A stretch of DNA of 64,000 bases from Candidatus Aminicenantes bacterium (GTDB taxonomy: Bacteria; Acidobacteriota; Aminicenantia; Aminicenantales; Saccharicenantaceae), in NCBI GenBank assembly GCA_963843505.1, contig CAWJKR010000008.1, forward strand, positions 465,922-529,921, read 5' to 3'. Under the pieces are notes generated by a model. That model saw nothing but the letters and a program-made list of their open reading frames with translations, ran no database searches and was not told the origin of the DNA. Of this stretch, positions 51,760 through 63,327 are shown one piece after another. Position 1 is the first letter of the stretch. The number at the start of each line of letters is the position of its first letter. The position numbers were made by a program, and so were the translations under genes.

Positions 51760-52978
51760 GGGCGCGAAGCGGGGGCGGAGGCGCGGAGGCGGATGCGGGC
51801 CGGGCCCTTGCGCGAGGACGCGGCCGATGACCGCGGCCGCGGGGACGCCCTGCTCGCGGAGGGCGGCGAGGAGGGCGCGGGGCCTTGGACTTGCGGACGG
51901 CGATGAGCAGGCCCGCCCGAGGTCTGGGGGTCGTAGAGGAGCGTCTCGAGGTCCTCGCCGGCGGCCTTGTCGCGCTTGACGAAGGCGGCGGCGTACTCGC
52001 GGTTGCGCTCGACGGCGCCGGAGATCGACGCCCGTCGCGGATGAGGTCGAGGACGCCGGGGAAGACGGGGATGGCGGCGCCGTCGATCTCGACCGTCGAC
52101 GCCGCTCTGGGCGGCCGATCTCGCCGAGGTGGCCGGCCAGGCCGAAGCCGGTGACGTCGGTCGCCGTGCGTGACGCCGGCCGCGGTCATGACCTCGGCGG
52201 CGGCCCGGTTGAGCGCGCCCATGGAGCGCTCGGCGGCGGCCAGGCCGTCGGCGGGCGCCCGGCCGATCTGGCGGGCGAAGCTGAGGATGCCCGTGCCGAT
52301 GGGCTTGGTCAGGATGAGGAGGTCGCCGGGCCGGGCCTTGCTGTTGACGGTCATCCGGCGGGGATCGACGACGCCGGTCACGGCGAAGCCGAACTTGATC
52401 TCGTGGTCCTTGATGCTGTGGCCGCCGAGGAGGGCGACGCCGGCCTCGCGGAGCTTGTCGACGCCGCCCTGGAGCATGCGGTTCATGATCCGCGGGCGAG
52501 AGCGTCTCGATGGGGAAGGCGATGATCGAGAGGGCCGTGAGCGGCTTGCCGCCCATGGCGTAGATGTCGCTGACGGAGTTGGCCGCGGCGATCTCGCCGA
52601 AGGCGTAGGGGTCGTCGACGACGGGCGTGAAGACGTCGACCGATCTGGACGAGGGCCGTGCGGGGCGTGAGCCGGTAGACGCCGGCGTCGTCGCAGGTCT
52701 CGGCGGAGACGAGGACGCGCGGGTCGACGACGCGGGGCAGGCCGGCGAGGGCCCGCTTGAGGTCCTCCTGGCCGATCTTGGAGGCGCAGCCGGCGTTCTC
52801 GACGAGGGGGGTCAGGGCGACGTCCTCGGGGGCGTCCTCGAGCGCGCTCGCCGGCGCAGAGGCAGACGTTCTTCTGCTTGAAGAGGTCGCAGGGGCAGGG
52901 GTCCTTGGGGTTGCAGATGCAGTGGCCGAGCTCGATCGACCGGCCCATGATCCGCTTGCGCTTCTCGAAGTCGATCAT
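51760..52978 (-). CDS. selD: Selenide, water dikinase SelD (Cys-type), apparently preceded in the same reading by a 45-aa Cys-rich N-terminal segment; the 3' boundary is approximate, and 3 or more frameshifts are present.
   Basis: Repaired: ...[104 protein letters not shown]...[48 protein letters not shown].... This parallels E. coli SelD, with GxGC-x2-K having Cys, not Sec. The upstream segment [44 protein letters not shown] starts at an ATG overlapping the selA stop (tcATGA, 52975-52980). Confidence 0.7.
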
Positions 52979-54405
52979 GACCAGGACTGCGGAAGCGCGC
53001 TTCGCGACCGGTCTTCCTCGGGCTGGATCGTCCGGAGATCGAAGAGACGCGTCCTTGTGGATGCGGGCGAAGACGGCTCGGAGCGCCAGGCGGAGCGCCC
53101 GCCATCGGCATCGATGCGGAGGGCGCAGCCGGACGGCCAGAACTCGCGGGGACCGCTCCGACCGGGACCGCCGCTTCGACCTGCGGCTCGCCGTCGAACC
53201 GTACGGCCGCGGCTCGACTCGAGGCAGCCGCTTCCGCAGCGCGCGCTCGAGGCGGCCGGGCGCGCCGCTCGAGGTCGTCGGGCGTGAGGGCGAGCATCCG
53301 GTAGAGGGGATGGCGGTCGCGGGCAGCTCGTCGGGGTCCAGGAAGAGCTTGAGCGTCGCCTCGAGGGCGGCGAGCGTCAGCTTGCCGCAGCGGAAGGCCC
53401 GGGCGAGCGGGTCTTTCTTCTTCCGGATCACGGCCGCGGCCTTGCCGACGATGATGCCGCACTGCGGGCCGCCGATGAGCTTGTCGCCGCTGAAGCAGAC
53501 GACATCGGCGCCGGCCGCGGACGCTCGCCTGGACGAGGGGCTCGGTCGGCCAGGCCGAAGCGGGCGAGATCGACGAGGGCGCCGCTGCCGAGGTCGTCGA
53601 TGACGGGGACGCCGCGGGCGCGGCCGAGGGCGGCCAGCTCCTCGATCGACGGCTCTTCGGCGAAGCCGACGATGCGGTAGTTGCTGTGGTGGACGCGCAG
53701 GATGGCGCCCGGTCGTTCGGTGACGGCGGCCTCGTAGTCGCGGAGGTGGGTCTTGTTCGTCGTGCCGACCTCGCGCAGGACGGCGCCGCTCGTGGCCATG
53801 ACGTCGGGCATGCGGAAGGAGCCGCCGATCTCGACGAGCTGGCCGCGGGAGACGATGACCTCCTTGCCGCGGGCGAGCGTGTTGAGGATGAGGACGGTCG
53901 CGGCGGCGTTGTTGTTGGCGACGGTCGCGGCCTCGGCGCCGGTGAGCTCGCGGAGGAGCGCCTCGACGTGGCGGTCGCGGGAAACGCGCTTGCCCGCTTC
54001 GAGGTCGAGGGCGAGGGTCGAGTAGCCGGAGGCGACGGCGGCCAGGGCGTCGCCGGCGGCGGACGGAGAGGACGGCCCGGCCGAGGCCGGAGTGCATGAT
54101 GACGCCGGTGGCGTTGACGGCCGGGGCGAGCGAGGGGGCGAATTTGCGTTCGAGGCGGCGACGGAGCCGCTCGATGATGGCCGGCGCCGAGATATCGGGC
54201 GGGAACGGGGAGGAGGCCGCCTCCCGCCGGGTCCGGAGGACGCGCCGGCGATCGCCGTCCGGAGCTCGTCGAGAGTCTCCCGGGCCGAGGCGACGACGGC
54301 CTCGCGTCCGAAGCGATCGATGAGCGGGCCGGCCGCGGCCTCGGCGAGAAGCGCGTCGAGGGAGGGGATCTTCCGGTAGGCGTTCGCTTTCGTCGGATCG
54401 TTCAT
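52975..54405 (-). CDS. selA: L-seryl-tRNA(Sec) selenium transferase SelA; several frameshifts.
   Basis: [20 protein letters not shown]...[65 protein letters not shown]...[23 protein letters not shown]...[20 protein letters not shown].... These motifs include the PLP-Lys region GDKL and are collinear with E. coli SelA. Confidence 0.8.
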
Positions 54406-54425
54406 GGGGACCTGACCCGGGCCTG

Positions 54426-55004
54426 CTATTTCTGGAGGGACTTGAACCGGAGCTTGCCGAAGATCTCCGGATGGAGGTCGGCGGCGCCCCCCGCGGCCGC
54501 GACGGGCACGGCGATCTCGAAGGTCAGCTCCTTCGGGGGCAGGCACGATTCGTCGTTGCAGGCCTGGTAGCTCAGGGCGCCCTTGAGTGGGTGCGGCCCG
54601 GACGCGCAGCCGACCTTGGCCTTGACGAGCGCGCCCAGGACGACCTCGCCTTCGTAGACGACGAGCTCGGCTTCCGAATAGGAGAAGCGGGCCCGCCGGC
54701 CCCGAGGATAGAGGATCTCGACGATCTCGAAGTCCGGGTCCTCGTCGAAGACGAGGGCGGTCGGGATCATGAACTCGTCGATGGGGGCGTTGTCGTTGAT
54801 GTGGTAGCCGGCCTGGACCTTGAGGATGAGGGCGGCCTTGAAGGTTTCGCCGGGCTTCACGGCGTCGCGCGAGATGAGGCCCTTGGCCTCGACGACCTGC
54901 TCGACGTCCTGGGCGACGCCGGCGGGAGCGGAGATCATCGCCGCGGCGGTGAAAACGAAGACCGCGGCGAGGATCTGAGACATGCCGGACAGGAGTTTCC
55001 TCAT
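54426..55004 (-). CDS. Lipoprotein/secreted protein with a DsbD N-terminal (alpha)-domain-like fold.
   Basis: Signal [32 protein letters not shown]. ...[20 protein letters not shown]...ILYPRG...[31 protein letters not shown]... (the paired Cys in the YQAC.DE.C context is typical of DsbD-alpha / DsbD_2-like domains). Confidence 0.5.
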   Translation of the reverse strand: MRKLLSGMSQILAAVFVFTAAAMISAPAGVAQDVEQVVEAKGLISRDAVKPGETFKAALILKVQAGYHINDNAPIDEFMIPTALVFDEDPDFEIVEILYPRGRRARFSYSEAELVVYEGEVVLGALVKAKVGCASGPHPLKGALSYQACNDESCLPPKELTFEIAVPVAAAGGAADLHPEIFGKLRFKSLQK

Positions 55005-55062
55005 GCTAAAAACCTCGCTGTCAATTAGAGACGTTTGGCCAGGTTTTGTCAACCGATGAAGC

Positions 55063-55143
55063 GGGTCAAACCTATACGTTTTTAATTTTCAGGGTCGGCT
55101 TTGACGGCGGAATTAAAAACGTATAGGTTTGACCCCGTCTTAC
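55063..55143. repeat. Palindromic hairpin element, copy 2: arms gggtcaaacctatacgtttttaattttc / gaattaaaaacgtataggtttgaccc around a 20-nt loop, followed by the tail cgtcttac.
   Basis: Read directly. Same element as 115-205. The arm position C/G (copy 1 atacC...Ggtat) is G/C here (atacG...Cgtat), which is a compensatory swap. The stop codon of the minus-strand gene 55082-57006 falls inside this copy. Confidence 0.7.
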
Positions 55144-57002
55144 TTCCGGCGGCCTTGCCGCCGGTCGCGCCCTTGACGCCCTCCTCGAAGGGCTCGGTCA
55201 GGATGGGCACGACCCAGCCTTCGGGGCTCTCCTTGTAGGTTTCGATGTCTTCCCTCACGGCCAGGGGGTACTTCAGCGCGTCGAAGCGCCGGTCGAGGTA
55301 GGCGCCGATCCCCTCCGTCTTCGGATAGGGGAACGTGATCCAGGCGCTGCGGTCGTAATAGACGCTCCCGGCCTTGACCGGCAGCATCCGGGTCTGGTTG
55401 TTCGTGGCGAACGAATAGACGTACCCCCTCGACACGTAGTACCACGGCCCGTTCTGGATGTAGAGGAACGGCTCCTCGAGCGAGGCCAGCCCGCCGTTGA
55501 GGTTCGGCGTGGCCTGGTCCAGGTACAGGGCCGCGAAGCCGATGCCCTTGGCCTCGTCGAAGAAGCTGACCCACGGCGTGTCCGGCCGGAGCACGGCCGC
55601 GTGGTCCGGATGCATCTTGGACGTCGCGAAATCCAGGATCTCCGTCCGCCCGCCCTCCTTGAACGCCGCCTTGGTGAAGACGGCCTTGTTGAACACGACC
55701 TCGGCGTCGCGCAGGGCCATGACGAACGTGTCCTTGCCGACCGTCGTGACCGACTCGACCGTCACCGACCGGCGACCCCGCGTAGAAATGATACCGGATG
55801 CCGATGTCGACGCCCTCGGGCTGCGGCAGCTTCCCCTTGAGATTGAGCGAGTAGAAGACCGGCCCGGCGACCTCCGTCGCCTCCGGGTCCGTCCAGTCGG
55901 AGCTGTGGTACCAGGCGTGGGGCGGCGCGTAGACGTCCGGGTTCCAGTGGATGGCGCCGTTCGTCTCGAGCTTGTGCTCGAGCTTGATCCCCGTCGACTT
56001 CTCGACGATCTCGTAGATGACGCCGCTCGTCTCGTGGAGCACGATCTTATAGAACGCGTTCTCGACCGTCCGGCCGAGTCCCTTGCCCTTCGTCACCGCC
56101 AGGTCGGTTACATAGGCCGGCTTCGGCGCCGCCGGGTTGTCATAGAAGACGATGTAGGTGGCCTTCGCCCCGGCCTCGACGTCGGCCAGGAAAGCGACGC
56201 TGAACGACGTCGTCGGGTGGTAGCGGACGACCCGCTCGCCCGTCGCCGCGTCTTTCTCCTCGACGGCCAGGATCTTCGGGTCGTTCCAGGTGACGACGTC
56301 GTACACCTGGCTGGGGATCTCCTTGTAAACGACGTCCTTTCCGTCCCTCTCCGCCCTGACCACCCGCACCTCGTCCGGCGATCGCAGGTAGCTCGCCAGG
56401 ATCCCGATCGTGGCGTGGACGGGATAGCCCGTCCGGGCGAAGCCGTGCTCCTCCGACACGACGAGCGACATGTAGCTCTTCCAGGCCGGGTCCCAATAGC
56501 CCTTTCCGGCCGGGGCGCGTCCCCGACGCCTCGAGGACCTGGATATCGCCCGACTCTCGGTTCGACGAGCTGGACCTTCATCCTCGTCTCGGCCCCGGGC
56601 CGCCAGACGTGCCGGGCCTTGACCTCGAAGGCGAGCTTCCCGCCCGCCGCCTTGACGCGCGTGCCTGTCGATCTCGCGGCCGCCCTGATAGACGAGGAAG
56701 TCCCGTGACCCGCGCGCCGTCGACCTCGACCCGGTCGACGCTCCAGGCGGCGCTTCTCGAGGCCGGCCGGCAGCGTCCGGCTGCCGCCAGGGCGCACTTG
56801 ACGAAATACCACGGCTCGCCCGCGACCGGGTAGCCGAACTCGGGGCCCGCCGCGTCGGACGGGGCGCCGGCGCTCGGCCGGGCGATCGAGCCGCCGCCGC
56901 CCTCGCCCGCGCCCGAGGGCGCTTTCCCGCACCCGGGCATCAGCCCCAAGCCCGCAACGGCCACCGCGACGCCGGCGAAAAACAGAAACGTCCCCATTTT
57001 TT

Positions 57003-57006
<4 letters not shown>
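55082..57006 (-). CDS. Lipoprotein of unknown function (about 640 aa); 4 or more frameshifts. Its last about 20 codons and stop lie inside hairpin copy 2.
   Basis: Start MKKMGTFLFFAGVAVAVAGLGLMPGCGK (ATG 57006, within the homopolymer atgAAAAAAAtg). Body ...MSLVVSEEHGFARTGYPVHATIGILASYLRSPDEVRVVRAERDG...YHFYAGSP...TVESVTTVGKDTFVMALRDAEVVFNKAV...GPWYYVSRGYVYSF.... Tail ...KTGSNLYVFNSAVKADPEN* (taa = complement of 55082-55084). No family recognised. Confidence 0.4.
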
Positions 57007-58787
<1,781 letters not shown>

Positions 58788-58790
58788 GGG

Positions 58791-58958
58791 TTATCGCCTG
58801 GCCCGGAAGATGAGCGCGCCGACGAGGAGGAACACGGCCGCGAGCAGGAGGACCGTCACCCGCTCGGCCGCCGTGTCGCAGAACAGGATCCCGAACAGCG
58901 CGAGCGGCAGGCCGACGCCCCAGAACCCCAGGGCCATCGGCCGGTATTCTTTTTTCAT
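58791..58958 (-). CDS. Small 2-TM membrane protein (55 aa), probable SSS small subunit (DUF4212-like).
   Basis: Not in the ORF track (under 60 aa). MKKEYRPMALGFWGVGLPLALFGILFCDTAAERVTVLLLAAVFLLVGALIFRARR*. It ends 3 nt before the symporter start. A position and size typical of solute:sodium symporter small subunits. Confidence 0.45.
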   Translation of the reverse strand: MKKEYRPMALGFWGVGLPLALFGILFCDTAAERVTVLLLAAVFLLVGALIFRARR

Positions 58959-59025
58959 CCCGTCCAGGATCCAAAAAGAAGGGACCGGGTCTTCGCATCC
59001 GCGAAAACCAGGTCCCTTCCGATGA

Positions 59026-59893
59026 TCACTTCATCCGCGGGAGGGCGAAGACGGGCACGCGGCTGTGGGCGATGACCTTCTCGGTCGTGCTGCCGAGGAA
59101 GAAGCGGGCCAGCCGCTTCACGGTCGTCGACATGACGATGAGGTCGAAGTGCTTCGTGCCGGCGTAATCGATGATGCCCTCCCAGGCGTGCACGGCCTTG
59201 ACGACGTCCTCGCCGATCTCGACGGCCTTGTGCTCCCGTTTCTTGCGGGCCTGGAGCTTCTTGAGGACGGAGTCGAACATCTGGTCGGTCAGCCGGAAGT
59301 CGTGGCCGAAGAGCTCCAGGACGTAGAGGAACGTCAGGCCCGCGCCCAGGGCCTTGCCCAGCCGCCAGGCCTGGTCGCGCTCGATGTCCTCGGCGGCCGT
59401 AGAAATCGGTCGGGACGAGGATCTTCTTGATCGGCTGGACTTTGGCGTCGGTCCCCTTGGTCACCAGCACGGGGACGCAGGAGCTCCGCAGGATCTGGTG
59501 GGTGACGCTGCCGATGAGGTTCTGTTCCTGCCCGGAAACGCCTTTCCGGCCGACGACGATGAGGTCGGCGCCTTCCTTCTTGGCCGTCTTGACGATGATC
59601 TTGGCGGCCGAGCCCTCGGCGATGACGACCTTGGTCGGGCAGATGCCCTGGGTCTCGCACATGCGGTCGAGCTTGACCTTGGCCGAGACCTTGCTGGCCT
59701 CGATCTGCCCGGCGAGCTCCGCCTGCACTTCGGGCCAGGCCTCGTAGAGGACCGGCGCGAAATCGGGGACGACGTGGAGGGCGGTCAGCTTGGCCTTGAA
59801 GGTCTTGGCGAAGAGATCGGCGTAGGCCAGGGCTTCCTTCGACTCGTCGGAGAAGTCCGTGGCCCAGAGGACGTGCTTGATGGGTTGCGTCAT
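59026..59893 (-). CDS. Tandem universal stress protein (two UspA domains); one frameshift.
   Basis: SD AGGAAGGAGAG before ATG 59893. Domain 1 MTQPIKHVLWATDFSDESKEALAYA...ADLIVVGRKGVSGQEQNLIGSVTHQILRSSCVPVLV. Domain 2 ...KKILVPTDFS...HFDLIVMSTTVKRLARFFLGSTTEKVIAHSRVPVFAL.... Confidence 0.7.
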
Positions 59894-60061
59894 GAGGTTC
59901 TCTCCTTCCTTCGCATATCGGCGGTCTTCGGGAGCCCCGTCGCGTTCTGTCCCCAGTTTACACAGGACGGCGCGAAAAGGGAAGAGGAGTCCCTCTCCAA
60001 AAAAAGGTTGACAAATCAATTAACTGTATTATATTATTAGTACAGTAATACGGAGGCGACG

Positions 60062-60472
60062 GTGCTGATCAAAGTCGACACGGGCGCGTTCGTGCCCCTC
60101 TACGAACAGGTCAAGACGGAGATCCGGCGGCTGGCCGCGCTCGGCGCGGTCAAGCCGAACGACCCGCTGCCGTCGATCCGTGAGCTCGCCGCGGAGGTCC
60201 TGGTCAATCCCAACACCGTGGCCCGGGCTTATCGCGAGCTCGAACAGGAAGGCCTGATCTACACGCAGAAAGGCCGCGGCTCCTTCCTGTCCGCCCGGCG
60301 CGAACGGGGCCTGGACCGGAGAGGCGGCCGAGGCCACCTGGGCCGGAGGATGGACGAGACCGTCCGGGAGGCCGGGACGTTCGGGTTGGGGCCCGCGGAG
60401 ATCCGGAGGCTCGTCGACGACAGCCTGCGCCGCTTCAAGGGCGCCGGGCGCACGGGAGGCGGGAATGAGTGA
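60062..60472 (+). CDS. GntR-family transcriptional regulator (short YtrA-like subfamily).
   Basis: GTG start. ...PLPSIRELAAEVLVNPNTVARAYRELEQEGLIYTQKGRGSFL... is the GntR wHTH. Followed by an ABC ATPase and permease (ytrABC-like layout). Confidence 0.7.
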   Translation: MLIKVDTGAFVPLYEQVKTEIRRLAALGAVKPNDPLPSIRELAAEVLVNPNTVARAYRELEQEGLIYTQKGRGSFLSARRERGLDRRGGRGHLGRRMDETVREAGTFGLGPAEIRRLVDDSLRRFKGAGRTGGGNE

Positions 60473-61348
60473 GCTGCTCAAGGTCGAACGGCTCTCCAAG
60501 GGGTTCGGCGGCGGGCCGTCATCCGGGACGTCGGCTTCACGGTCGAGCCGGGCCGGGTCTACGGGCTCCTGGGCCGGAACGGCGAGGGGAAGACGACGCT
60601 CATCCGGACGATCATGGGCGTCATCCCTCGCGACGCCGGCGTCATTTCCTTCAAAGGGCGGCCGGTGACGTACGGCGACGCGGACTACAAGCGGGCGATC
60701 GGCTATGTGCCCGAGGACTCTTTCTTTTACGGCGGCATGTCCGTCGCGGCCCTCCTCGCGTTCAACGGCCGGTTCTTCCCGAAGTGGGACCCGAAGAAAG
60801 CCGAGGCCGACGTCGGGCGGTTCGGGCTCGATCCCTCCGCCAAGGTCCGGACGCTGTCCCGGGGCCAGAAGCTGAAGCTGGCCGTCGTCGCGGCCCTGGC
60901 CGCCGAGCCCGAGCTCCTCATCCTCGACGATCCGACGTCGGGCCTCGATGTCCCGACCCGGCGGGAATTCCTCCGTGACATCATCGGGGAGCTGGCCCGC
61001 GGCGGGACGGCCGTCCTCTTCGCGACCCATCTCGTCCACGAGCTCGAGCGGATCGTCGACCATCTCTTCATCCTTCGCGGCGGCCGGATCGTCCTCGACG
61101 AGCCCTATGACAAGGTCAAGTCCCAGGCGAAGCGCGCCGTCATCGGCTTCACAGGCCAGCCGCCGGAGAGCCTCGAAGTCGGCAACGTCATCGGCCGGAG
61201 GCGGATCGGGCAGGACTGGGAGCTGGTCATCTATCCTTGGAACGAAGCGGTGAACGGATCGCTCCTGGCCCTGAGCGCGGCCCGGCTCGAAGTCGAGGCC
61301 CTCAGCCTCGAGGATATTTTCGCGAGTTTCGTCCAGGACGCGCGGTAG
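60465..61348 (+). CDS. ABC transporter ATP-binding protein; one frameshift near 60520.
   Basis: Walker A GLLGRNGEGKTT, signature LSRGQKLKLAVVAAL, Walker B LLILDDPTSGLD, H-loop FATHL. Confidence 0.8.
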
Positions 61349-61364
61349 ACGCGGGAGAGCCACG

Positions 61365-63325
61365 ATGTTCAAAACCCTGCTCATCAAGGAATGGAAGGAC
61401 AAGGCCGTCCTGGTCGCCTTCGGCCTGGCGATCATGGGCTTGATGCTGACCGCTTTTCTCGTCTCCGGCGGCGACAAGGATCTCCGCGAGCTCATACCGG
61501 CGACATTTTTGATCTTTTTCTTTCCTGTCTTCGGCGCTATGCTTGGCGCCGGGGCGTTCGAGTCCGAGTTCCGCGACGGGGCCTGGACCTATCTTCTCTC
61601 CCGGCCGGTCCGGAAGGGGACGATCTGGTCGGCCAAGCTCGTTGCCCTCCTGTCGATCCTGGCCGGGTTCTGGCTGGCCTTCATCGGCCTCATGGCGGTC
61701 GTGCCGGGGCTCGGAGAAGTCGTTTCGGGCTTCAAGCTTCCGGAGATGCTCGGGTCAGGGCTCGAGTTTCTGCCCTTGATCCTGCTCAGCTCCCTCTTCT
61801 TTTTTTCGATCGCCTTCTCTCTCTCCATCCTCACGGATAAGCAGCTCAGCCTCGTATTCGGGACGCTTTTTCTTGGCTTGGTCCTGGAAGGCGCTCTGCT
61901 CTTTCTCGCCCTTCCTGGCCGCGGGCGGGGAAATGGAGACCCGGACGGGACGGTTTCTCGTGCTCGGCGTCTTCAATCTGGGCCTTGTCCTTTCGAGCCT
62001 GGCCTTCCTGGCCGCGTCGCGGCTGACCCTCCTCAAGGCGGATTTTTCGCAGCCGAGGAAAAAAGCGAAGGCCTTGGCCATGTGGGGGTTTCTCTTTTTA
62101 GCCGCGGCCTGGGCCTTCTCGGCCGCGTGGCCGGCCCTACGGCCGGGGCCCGCGGAGGAGCTCAGTAGCAGGATAGAGGTCATCGAAGGCGGTGCCTTCT
62201 TCTCCACGACCAAGGGGCTTTATCGTTATGACATCGCCGGCGACAATGGTCAACCGGTTGGTCCACCAGAATCCCTTCGATGGAATATACGCCATGGGGG
62301 GCGGCAAGGTCCTCTACACCGTCTTTAGGCCGAAAGACGAGAAATTCGCGCTTTATGTCCAGAACACGGACGGCTCGGGCCAAAGGCTTCTCGCGGGAGG
62401 CAGTCAGGAGGATCAACACATCCTATCCGGGTTCATGTTCCCTAAGGTCTCCCCTGACGGGAAGACGGCCGTGCTTTTATATGAGGAGAGCTTCGAAACA
62501 TCGGTGCCGACCCATCATGTGTGGTCTCTCGCGTCGATCGGGACCGATGGGACAGGATTGAAGAAGCTGGCGCCCTTCGTTCCGGGCTTGGTCGGCGATG
62601 GAAAGGTGCGCACGCCGCTCGCGATCGTTGCCTGGCTCCCTACACCGGAAAGCCTTCTGATGTGGGGGCGCCCCCGGTCGACCCCGCCCTGGATCACCAT
62701 GCCACCTCACAGCGTATGGCGGTACGATCTGGCGTCCGGGGCCCAAACCAGGATTTTCGAGTCTCCCGGGTCCGTCTCGCTCGTCCCCAACCCGGCCGCG
62801 AACACGGCCATCCTGATCAGCGAAAAGGACGAGGCAGGTCCGATAGATGTGTCGCTCTTGGACCTGGCGACGGGGACTACGACACCCATCACGACCATCG
62901 AGAGGCCCTGGAAGGAATACCTCTGGTCCGCGATCCAACATTCCGCCTGGAGCGGGGATGGGGACAGGGTCGGATTCCTTATCCATCGGGAGGGAGACCT
63001 GTGGGCGCCTGCCGTTTACGCGGGGAAGGAACACCGGTTCGTCACGGGCCCTGACATCCGTCTCGAGGGGTCTCAGGATCGGTATCCCTCTGTATTGGCC
63101 TGGACCGGCGACGGGACAAAGCTTGTCGTTGCCGGGGGCCAAGACCGATCGCTGCGCTTCCTCGGCCCCGACCTGACTCCGGCGAAAGAGGTCCCATTCC
63201 CTCCGGCCGTCGGCGGGCATTTCACGGCTTGTCCGGTGGGCAATGCGGTCCTCGTATCGGATTATTCAAAAGAGGCCGTCTGGCGGCTGGACCTCAAAAC
63301 GGAGAAGTGGAAGAAGATCTTTTAG
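61365..63325 (+). CDS. ABC-2-type permease fused to a C-terminal periplasmic TolB-like (WD40-like) beta-propeller domain; 2 or more frameshifts around 61900-62250.
   Basis: N-terminal 6-TM body MFKTLLIKEWKDKAVLVAFGLAIMGLMLTAFL.... The C-terminal 370 aa repeat ...GDG.../...PDGK... blades (VSPDGKTAVLLYEE; WSGDGDRVGFLIHR; WTGDGTKLVVAGGQD). Frame segments join as ...YRYDIAGDNGQ / TVNRLVHQNPFDGIYAMGGGKVLYTVF.... Confidence 0.5.
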
Positions 63326-63327
63326 CC

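Noticed and set aside
51404-54097. 897-aa minus ORF across selD/selA.
   Set aside because: It is a composite reading. Real selA and selD segments occupy parts of it, linked by off-frame Arg/Pro-rich filler, so it was replaced by separate selA / Cys-rich ORF / selD calls.
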